A DNA stretch of 64,000 bases from assembly GCA_035529855.1 (NCBI GenBank), contig DATKVX010000039.1, positions 4,244 through 68,243 of the forward strand, read 5' to 3'. This stretch comes from a bacterium. Lineage in GTDB: Bacteria > RBG-13-66-14 > B26-G2 > WVWN01. The notes beneath the pieces were generated by a model, which saw only the letters and a program-made list of their open reading frames with translations, was not told the origin of the DNA and ran no database searches. Position 1 is the stretch's first letter, and every line of letters begins with the position of its first letter. A program made the position numbers and the translations under genes. Of the stretch, positions 57,354 through 64,000 are shown one piece after another.

Positions 57354-58529
57354 ATGCTCAACGTATTCATCCTCGGCCTGGTATCCTTCTTCGCGGACCT
57401 CCAGTCGGAAATAATATTCCCGCTACTGCCGATTTTCATAACGCAAGACCTCGGCCTGGCCGCCGCCTTCCTGGGCCTTATCGAAGGGGCGGCCGAAGCG
57501 ACCGCCGCCGTCTTTAAATACCTCTCGGGGTATATCTGCGACCGGGCGGGCCGGCACAAGTGGCTAATGTTCGCCGGGTACGCGCTGTCGGTAATCAGCA
57601 AACCCGTGATGGCCTTCGCCCGCTCGGGCCCCGCGGTGCTCGCGCTCCGCGTCGCCGACCGCCTCGGGAAAGGCGTCCGCACGTCGCCGCGCGACGCGCT
57701 GCTGGCGACCTATACGCCGTCGGGCGTCCGCGCCCGCGCCTTCGGCTTCCACCGCGCGCTCGACTCGGCGGGCGCGGTGGGGGGCGTTCTGGTCCTGTTC
57801 GCGCTCCTCAACTATACGGATTTCTCGCACCGCGACATCTTCAAACTAACCCTTATCCCGGGTATCCTCGTAGCGCTCGCCATCCTGGTGTTGGTAAGGC
57901 AGCCCAAACGGGTCAGCTGCCCGGTTCCGCCCAAGATTTTCGATCGCACCGTCGCGGCCGGCTGGTGGCCTTTCCTCGCGTGCCACGCCGTCTACTCTTT
58001 CGGCATGTTCTCGTACGCGTTCTACATCCTGCGCGCGAGCGAGCTCGGCGTCGCGACCGCCCTCGTTCCGCTCATCTACCTGGTCTTCACCGGGGCTCAG
58101 GTCCTGTGGCCGTTCCCCATCGGGTGGCTCGCGGATAAAGTCAAGGTATTGCCGGTCCTGGCGGGGATATATATCTTCCAAGCGGCCGTCCTCATAGCGG
58201 CGGGTTCTATCGGTGAGGCGTGGACCCTTTGGCCGCTGTTCGCGCTGTACGCGCTCTACTATCAAGCCTTCATGGCGCTTCCGCCGGCCTTCGTCTCCAC
58301 GGCCGTACCCGCCGAGAAGCGCGGCGCCGCTATTGGCCTGCTGCATATGACCAGCGGCCTGGCCATCCTGCCGGGGTCCCTCGTAGCGGGCCTAATCTGG
58401 GACCGCTGGCAGGGCGCCGGCACGTTCACCTTCGGCGCGGCGTGCGCGGCGCTCGCGGCCGTCGGCATCCTGGCGTACAACTTCGCGCGGACCCGACGGG
58501 CCGCCGCCGCTCATCAACCAAATGCGTAA
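57354..58529 (+). CDS. MFS transporter.
   Basis: 12 TM helices. Motif A-like GRHKW...ADRLGKGVRTSPRDAL. Confidence 0.7.
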   Translation: MLNVFILGLVSFFADLQSEIIFPLLPIFITQDLGLAAAFLGLIEGAAEATAAVFKYLSGYICDRAGRHKWLMFAGYALSVISKPVMAFARSGPAVLALRVADRLGKGVRTSPRDALLATYTPSGVRARAFGFHRALDSAGAVGGVLVLFALLNYTDFSHRDIFKLTLIPGILVALAILVLVRQPKRVSCPVPPKIFDRTVAAGWWPFLACHAVYSFGMFSYAFYILRASELGVATALVPLIYLVFTGAQVLWPFPIGWLADKVKVLPVLAGIYIFQAAVLIAAGSIGEAWTLWPLFALYALYYQAFMALPPAFVSTAVPAEKRGAAIGLLHMTSGLAILPGSLVAGLIWDRWQGAGTFTFGAACAALAAVGILAYNFARTRRAAAAHQPNA

Positions 58530-59784
58530 ACGTCCTAAAAACGATTCCGTCGGCGACTACCTGCGGCGCCGCGTAACGCTACCGCGGACGTTCAGCGCCC
58601 TCCGCCACCGCGACTTCCGTTTGTGGTGGTTCGGCCAGATGGTCTCGCTGGTGGGAACGTGGGTCCAGATAGTCGCGCAGAACTGGCTGGTATATCGCCT
58701 TACGGGCTCGCCGGCGATGCTGGGCCTGGTCAACTTCGTCGCGCTCGTGCCGGCGCTGCCGATGGGCCTGTGGGCCGGCTCGCTCGCGGACCGCTTCGAT
58801 AAAAAGCGCCTCGTCCTCATCGCGCAGACGCTGATGTTCATCCAGGCCGCGGTCCTCGCCACCCTCACCGTCACCGGCCTCGTCCAGGTCTGGCACGTGA
58901 TGGCGCTGGCCTTCGTCTTCGGCGTAGCGCGCGCGCTCGACGTCCCGGCGCGGCAGGCGTTCGTCGTCGAAATAGTCGGCAAGGAGGACCTCACCAACGC
59001 CATAGCGCTCAACTCCACCGTTTTCAACGTCGCCCGGAGCGCCGGCCCGGCCGTCGCCGGCCTGTTGATCATAGCCGTCGGAGAGGGTTTGGCCTTCGTC
59101 GTCAACGCGGCGACGTTCCTGCCGGTAATAGCGGCGCTGCTCGCGATGAGAACGTCCTCCGTCCGCCGCGAGGTAAAGGGCCCGGCCCACCGCCAGATCG
59201 TCGAGGGAATCCAATACGCCGGTCGGAACAAGCTGGTTTGGGTACTCATCTCGGTAGTGGGCGTCTCGGCGTTCTTCGTCATGCCTTACTCGGTACTGCT
59301 GCCCGTTTTCGCGAAGCAGGTCTTCCGCGGCGGCGCCGACGTATACGGCTACCTGATGACGTTCGCCGGCCTGGGGGCGCTGGTGGGCGCGCTCACCGTC
59401 GCGAGCTTGGGTCCACGCAGCCCTCGGGGCCTACTACTCTCCGGGGCCAACGTCGCGTTCGCGGTGCTCGTCTTCTCCTTCGCGTTCGTTCGCGCGTTCT
59501 GGCTGGCGGCGGCGGTGCTGGCGGCGGCCGGCTTCTGCTTCGTCGTCCAGAACTCGCTGGCCAACACGCTCATCCAACTCAACGTGCCGGACCGGCTGCG
59601 CGGCCGCGTGATGAGCATCTACTTCCTGGTATTTATGGGGGCGATGCGGCTGGGCTCGCTGCAGGCGGGGTACGTCGCGCGGTACGTCGACGTTCAGGCG
59701 GCGCTCCTCATCGGGGCGTCGGCCTCGCTACTCTGGGCCGCCCTGGTCGCCTGGCGCTTCCCGCGGCTTAGGGAGATTAGATAA
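58522..59784 (+). CDS. MFS transporter (EntS/DHA3-like).
   Basis: FSALRHRDFRLWWFGQMVSLVGTWVQIVAQNWLVYRLTGS is the EntS-type N-terminus. It overlaps the upstream MFS gene by 8 bp. Confidence 0.75.
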   Translation: MRKRPKNDSVGDYLRRRVTLPRTFSALRHRDFRLWWFGQMVSLVGTWVQIVAQNWLVYRLTGSPAMLGLVNFVALVPALPMGLWAGSLADRFDKKRLVLIAQTLMFIQAAVLATLTVTGLVQVWHVMALAFVFGVARALDVPARQAFVVEIVGKEDLTNAIALNSTVFNVARSAGPAVAGLLIIAVGEGLAFVVNAATFLPVIAALLAMRTSSVRREVKGPAHRQIVEGIQYAGRNKLVWVLISVVGVSAFFVMPYSVLLPVFAKQVFRGGADVYGYLMTFAGLGALVGALTVASLGPRSPRGLLLSGANVAFAVLVFSFAFVRAFWLAAAVLAAAGFCFVVQNSLANTLIQLNVPDRLRGRVMSIYFLVFMGAMRLGSLQAGYVARYVDVQAALLIGASASLLWAALVAWRFPRLREIR

Positions 59785-59787
59785 AAA

Positions 59788-59820
59788 ATAAGCCGGGCGT
59801 GAGGCCCGGGGTTTTTTTAT
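59788..59820 (+). terminator. Rho-independent terminator after the MFS pair. It also marks the left edge of the AT-rich island.
   Basis: AAAAAATAA-GCCGGGC-GTGAG-GCCCGGG-GTTTTTTTAT. Confidence 0.7.
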
Positions 59821-59853
59821 TAAGGTTTGCGCTTGTAGGAAAAACCGGACGGA

Positions 59854-60798
59854 TTACATCTTTTCTGAAATCAAATAAATAATTGCGTTTAGCCACATAA
59901 TATTCAATTTTCTATTAGTGGTATTAGAGGCGTTATGGTTAAAATAGGAATAGAATAGATTCCAATAATCCTTATCCCATTTTAGTAACCAAGCAGCATC
60001 GTACGTTCCGTGACCTAAATTTTCTTCATCGGTTAAATGATAAAACTTGAAGAGTACTTCGGGTTCGCCTCTAATAAAAGAATTAGGTATATCTTCGTGG
60101 GATTTAATAATCCGCGAGCCGTACGAACCTTCTTCTCCGGGTAATTCTACTCTACCCACCTTTTTACAAATCGGGTGATTGTAATCGAAAGGGTTGACCT
60201 CAACCGTTACGTAAGGTTTATCGAAATGACCTACTTCTCCAAAAAAGTGTAAATCGTGGGTACATACGGCGCTACCGCCCCCGCTTAAATAAGTCTTTAA
60301 TGCGTTTTCTATATCCACCCTTCTATCGTAAATTCCGTAACCAGTGGGGCAATGCTCGTCCGTATAATGTCGATTGTCACCAATTCCAAAGATGCAATCA
60401 TATTCGTTATTTATCTGGCCGACCGCATTTAAGAATTCGACCCGGAAAAACGGGCTAAAAAAATCCCGGAAATGATCTATGTAACTATTATGGCAAATCA
60501 CCAATAGCCTGGGCTTGAATTTCTTATTAACTTTTTTAGGATAGGGTAAAGGCAAGAGCCTTAAGACTTTTTTTTTGTCGTTGTCGGGTGCGGAAATAGT
60601 CGATATAAAGGTTAGAATAACCGCTAAAACCGGTCCTATTATAGTCGCCAACGCTACTATTTTATCTCCCTCAAAATCGAAAACCGCCAAAATTCCTATA
60701 GAAATTACTAAGATAAAAAGGCTTATATAGGTAACGAAAAGAACCCGTCCATACCTTCGATTTAGGTATTTAGTAACCCAATAAAACCCTATTTCCAT
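59854..60798 (-). CDS. Hypothetical 2-TM membrane protein from the AT-rich island; possible PLC-like phosphodiesterase (weak motif-level hint).
   Basis: The N-terminal helices are VLFVTYISLFILVISIGILAV and IVALATIIGPVLAVILTFI. The downstream domain carries LLVICHNSYIDHF, resembling the PI-PLC X-box 'sHNsY'. A second His lies about 50 aa later (NRHYTDEH). RBS GGGAG. AT-rich. Confidence 0.45.
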   Translation of the reverse strand: MEIGFYWVTKYLNRRYGRVLFVTYISLFILVISIGILAVFDFEGDKIVALATIIGPVLAVILTFISTISAPDNDKKKVLRLLPLPYPKKVNKKFKPRLLVICHNSYIDHFRDFFSPFFRVEFLNAVGQINNEYDCIFGIGDNRHYTDEHCPTGYGIYDRRVDIENALKTYLSGGGSAVCTHDLHFFGEVGHFDKPYVTVEVNPFDYNHPICKKVGRVELPGEEGSYGSRIIKSHEDIPNSFIRGEPEVLFKFYHLTDEENLGHGTYDAAWLLKWDKDYWNLFYSYFNHNASNTTNRKLNIMWLNAIIYLISEKM

Positions 60799-60860
60799 CT
60801 CATTCGCTCCCGCGGTCGTAGGTCGCAGCGGTCTATGTGTTGGATTGTTTTTTCAATTTA

Positions 60861-61469
60861 TTAATAATTATCGTCTATGAAATTTCCGAGGGCCGCCAAT
60901 ATCTCCTCAATAGAAAGGTTGTTTGGAGCTTGGCGTGCCGCCCACCTGCGCCCAGGATGGACGGTATCCCATAACGAACGTTGCTGCTTGCGCCTACCGC
61001 CCCCCGGGTCGTGGAGGCCAAAGCCATCCAAGTATAAATTCCATACGGGCCTAGTCGAAGTTATGACGAGCGTTTCACCCAAAGGTATCCATATATCGTC
61101 CGCAATTAAGTACCTACAACGAAAATCGGATAAATCCAAATTTTCTGCTTGGTTTATAGATTCGCCGTGCTCTCGCAAACGGTTATATAATGCGTTACCC
61201 GGCGGTTCGTCTAAACGCAGTATACCCCTCCGCGATCCCGGCGGTATTGCTTTCCCAACGTATATAGGTAGTCCCCATCTATCATCGGCGTTCCTATCAG
61301 CAATGCGCGAATAATAACCCAAAGGGCCTATATAATAAATGGCGTAAATACCCGCGCCTTCGAAAGAACTCCCGGGGGGTAAATTAGTAACGCCCCTTTC
61401 GAAAAGGGCTTCCTTTAAGCTTTTCCCAAGATTAGCTTTATCCAAAGGGTTATAAGGTTTCTCGTTCAT
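60861..61469 (-). CDS. GIY-YIG type II restriction endonuclease, Eco29kI/NgoMIII-family-like.
   Basis: GAGIYAIYYIGP...LPIYVGKAIPPG form GIY...YVG motifs. I also recall (from memory, with no database access) that NLDLSDFRCRY and WDTVHPGRRWA resemble conserved blocks in Eco29kI-family enzymes, which cut CCGCGG. The start overlaps the MTase stop by 4 bp. Confidence 0.55.
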   Translation of the reverse strand: MNEKPYNPLDKANLGKSLKEALFERGVTNLPPGSSFEGAGIYAIYYIGPLGYYSRIADRNADDRWGLPIYVGKAIPPGSRRGILRLDEPPGNALYNRLREHGESINQAENLDLSDFRCRYLIADDIWIPLGETLVITSTRPVWNLYLDGFGLHDPGGGRRKQQRSLWDTVHPGRRWAARQAPNNLSIEEILAALGNFIDDNY

Positions 61470-62848
61470 AAACCCGGTTTTTCCACTACGACCGCGGCGT
61501 CGTAAAGGCTACGTTTTTCGCCGTTACCGTACCTTACCGTTGAGTCCGTAATACTCGAACCGACACGTTTATCTCTAATAATGTACGTACCGACGAACTT
61601 TAACCCGTGTTCGCGAGCGATTTCCCCGAATAATCGGTCTACTTCAATTTCAATACCTTGGATTACGGAATTACCTATAACTATTACTGCACTCCCGCCG
61701 GTTTTCAATACCCTACTTACGATCTCCCAGAAAACGTAGGTATCGTTAAAATACGAAGCCACGTAGTTCGCCCACCCCGAGCCGCCGTAAACGCCGGCTT
61801 CCTTACGGGTTTCCTTTAATTCCGATAGAATCGCCCGTAATTCCTCATACTCGAACGTCAAAGGAACGTCTTCCAGGCCCCGGACTTCTTGCCAGTATTT
61901 ACCGAAATTCCCGGTTTCCAGCCCCTTTTGTTCATCAGGTTTCGAAACGAAAGACAACCAATATAATTGAGGTCTCGTATTTCTTACGTAATGGTAGTTA
62001 TTCAAATAAGGCGGGGACGTTATTAATAAATCTACAGAATTATCCTCGACCGTATGGTGGTCGGAAAGGAAATTAGCATGCCTTATCCTAGCATCCCCTA
62101 AACTTTCTGGCCTTTTTATCAGCCCCTTTACGGATATTATATCATCCAACATCTCTCGACATTTCCCGGACAATACCCGCGCAAAATCAGCGTCCTTCAT
62201 TGCCGGTTTCCCGGCACTCCTGCGCGTCCCCAAACTAGGCTCGTAGGAATAATTCGAAACGCCGACCATCACCGAGCCGAAGGCGATGCGGAATAAGTCC
62301 TTTATAAGACCGTCATCTATTCTATCGATATAATCTAACGCGTGTAGTACTTGTTTTTCTATACGGGGGCTAAAAAACGGTTCTTTAGTTTTCAAAGGGG
62401 GTTTTTCGATATTGGGGGCCGGCGTACTACGCCATTTAGAGGAAAGGTCCTCTAATTCTAATACCCTAGATCTAAGCGCCTCGATATTTACGGAAAGGCA
62501 TCTCGCTTTTGTACTAGCCGCTAATGAAGCGTAAGGGTTAATATCGAAACCTACGGCGTCGTAGCCCCTCACGACCGCTTGAAATATCGTCGTTCCGACG
62601 CCGGCAAACGGGTCTAAAATAACGGGCGTTTCCGTTTCAACGTCCGATTGAAGGTACAAATCGAAAACGCTATCGACGAAGCCTGCCGAAAACCCGGCGA
62701 TCCAAGGGACCCAGCGGTGTATAGGGGACTTTTTATTTTCAAAAAAAGCCGGGTCTTTTAAACCGTTATTCGTTTTCGGACTAACCCTATTCGAGAAAAG
62801 AACTCGCTGATAACTATCGCGGATTTTTTGTTGGTCTAATCGCGGCAT
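61466..62848 (-). CDS. DNA amino-methyltransferase (N4-C or N6-A, PF01555-like) with motif I (DPFAGVGTT) placed before motif IV (TSPPY).
   Basis: DPFAGVGTT at about aa 80 and LLITSPPYLNNYHY at about aa 270, counting from M18. A GAGGAG RBS precedes the ATG at 62846-62848; the ORF-track start is an upstream TTG. AT-rich. Confidence 0.65.
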   Translation of the reverse strand: MPRLDQQKIRDSYQRVLFSNRVSPKTNNGLKDPAFFENKKSPIHRWVPWIAGFSAGFVDSVFDLYLQSDVETETPVILDPFAGVGTTIFQAVVRGYDAVGFDINPYASLAASTKARCLSVNIEALRSRVLELEDLSSKWRSTPAPNIEKPPLKTKEPFFSPRIEKQVLHALDYIDRIDDGLIKDLFRIAFGSVMVGVSNYSYEPSLGTRRSAGKPAMKDADFARVLSGKCREMLDDIISVKGLIKRPESLGDARIRHANFLSDHHTVEDNSVDLLITSPPYLNNYHYVRNTRPQLYWLSFVSKPDEQKGLETGNFGKYWQEVRGLEDVPLTFEYEELRAILSELKETRKEAGVYGGSGWANYVASYFNDTYVFWEIVSRVLKTGGSAVIVIGNSVIQGIEIEVDRLFGEIAREHGLKFVGTYIIRDKRVGSSITDSTVRYGNGEKRSLYDAAVVVEKPGL

Positions 62849-62920
62849 GTTCTTTTTACTCCTCGTTGTGATAATATAATTATGAGCTGGAAACGTCAAC
62901 TTAAAATATTCCTAAAAAAC

Positions 62921-64000
62921 TTACCCCGGGTGCCAGCCGGCCTTGACCGTCTCGTAGAGGCCGCCGGGGAGGCCGGGCAGCAGCTCCGCCCGCTCGAGCG
63001 CGCCGCGGCCGTACCGCCGGTTCAGCTCGTCCAGCGTCGCCGTGAAGCGGTCCCGCCTCACCTCGAAGAGGTTGCCCGGCTTGCAGTGGTACAGCAGCAT
63101 CGAGGCCGAGACCCCCAGCATCCGCACGCCGCGCTCGCTCATGTCGCCGGGCAGGAGCGGCCAAGCCGCGCGAAAGACGTCCATCCCCTCGTCGACGTAG
63201 CGCGGGAGCCGGTGCGAACGGCCCACGGTGTAGAAGTCCGGGTAGCGCGCGACGGCGTAGACGCACCGGCCGCAGTACCCCTCGCCGCGCAGCCGCCGCG
63301 CCACCCGCTCGCACAGCCACAGGAACGTCCGCCGTAGCTCCGCGGCGTCGTAGGTGTCGCGGTTGAGCGTGATGGTGTTGCCGACGGACTTGGCCTCCTC
63401 GTAGTCGTAGTGCGCCGTCAGCGGCCGGCGGTCTATCCCCCGCCCCATGTTCTGCAGCACTTCGCCGACGATGCCGAAGCGCGCCTTCAGGCGCGACAAG
63501 GACAGGCGGCCGAGCTGGCCGCACGTGCTCGCGCCCAGCCGCCGCAGGTGCTCGCCCAGCTTGTCGCCGATGCCGGGCAGATCCGTCGTCGGCAGCTCCT
63601 CCAGGAAGGTCTCGAGCTGGGAGGGCCTGAGGACCGTGAGGCCGTTGGGCTTCTCGAGGCCGGCGGCCACCTTCGCGAGCATCTTGTTGGGCGCGACGCC
63701 CAGCGAGCACGGGAGGCCGAGCTCCTCGCGGACCTCGCGCTGAAAGGCCGCGGCGCAGTCGCGCGGCGTCCCCCACCGGCGGAACGTCGTCGTGACGTCC
63801 AGGGCCAGCTCGTCGATGGAGGCTATTTCGACCACGGGGGTGTAGTTGTGCGCCCGGGCGACGACCTCGCGGATGGCGTGGGTGTACTTGGAGATGTCGG
63901 CGGGGACGACGACGGCGTCGCGGCAGAGCCGCCGCGCCTCCTCGGAGGGCATGCCGGATTTGACGCCGAACGTACGCGTCTCGTAGGAGCAGGCGGCGAC
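62921..64000 (-). CDS. dinB: DNA polymerase IV (Y-family), partial: the N-terminus lies beyond the window end.
   Basis: ...LGLPCSLGVAPNKMLAKVAAGLEKPNGLTVL...DLPGIGDKLGEHLRRLG... shows the DinB palm, thumb and little-finger motifs. Confidence 0.8.
   Translation of the reverse strand, partial: VAACSYETRTFGVKSGMPSEEARRLCRDAVVVPADISKYTHAIREVVARAHNYTPVVEIASIDELALDVTTTFRRWGTPRDCAAAFQREVREELGLPCSLGVAPNKMLAKVAAGLEKPNGLTVLRPSQLETFLEELPTTDLPGIGDKLGEHLRRLGASTCGQLGRLSLSRLKARFGIVGEVLQNMGRGIDRRPLTAHYDYEEAKSVGNTITLNRDTYDAAELRRTFLWLCERVARRLRGEGYCGRCVYAVARYPDFYTVGRSHRLPRYVDEGMDVFRAAWPLLPGDMSERGVRMLGVSASMLLYHCKPGNLFEVRRDRFTATLDELNRRYGRGALERAELLPGLPGGLYETVKAGWHPG

Larger units (their letters stand above)
59821..62920. 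mobile_element. AT-rich horizontally acquired island of 3 genes: membrane protein, GIY-YIG REase and amino-MTase. It is inserted between the MFS terminator and dinB. No integrase or direct repeats were seen.
   Basis: Composition shifts abruptly (by eye about 40-45% GC versus 65-70% in the flanks). All three genes are co-oriented, and the REase and MTase genes overlap. Confidence 0.5.

Overview
This is a high-GC bacterial chromosomal window (by eye about 65-70% GC) with strong GC3 codon bias and Arg-rich spurious ORFs in alternate frames. About 52 protein-coding genes are tightly packed; I found no rRNA, tRNA or CRISPR. The dominant theme is cell-envelope glycosylation and remodelling. It includes five paralogous GT-C (ArnT/PMT-like, 'DEx' motif) polyprenyl-phosphate-sugar-dependent glycosyltransferases, two of them fused to TPR arrays, and a DUF2723/TMEM260-like TPR membrane protein. 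It also includes a GT9 heptosyltransferase, a membrane sulfatase-family transferase, a mannose-1-phosphate guanylyltransferase, and a UbiA-family polyprenyl-phosphate phosphoribosyltransferase-like enzyme next to a flippase-like (LPG-synthase-TM family) protein and a prenyltransferase alpha-toroid repeat protein. Housekeeping and transport genes are also present. These include a liv branched-chain amino-acid ABC operon interrupted by foreign-looking genes, an MCP, the NRAMP transporter gene mntH, MFS transporters, an NCS2 permease, ftsEX, an AsmA-family gene, rsmA/ksgA, hutI and peptidases, a Ni-superoxide dismutase, a 1561-aa cytoplasmic multi-GAF histidine kinase, and a partial dinB. Two compositionally distinct AT-rich insertions (roughly 40-45% GC by eye) stand out. 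The first is a single secreted-protein gene wedged between livH and livM. The second is a 3-gene island (59.85-62.9 kb) encoding an Eco29kI-like GIY-YIG restriction endonuclease, an amino-methyltransferase with unusual motif order, and an unknown 2-TM protein with a PLC-like 'HNSY' motif. That island is my best candidate for a horizontally acquired and possibly novel defence module. Other oddities are a secreted fusion of a degenerate 5'-nucleotidase fold to a tetraheme cytochrome c, a NiSOD carrying a Sec-type signal peptide and no adjacent SodX protease, and a leaderless-looking MFS gene.
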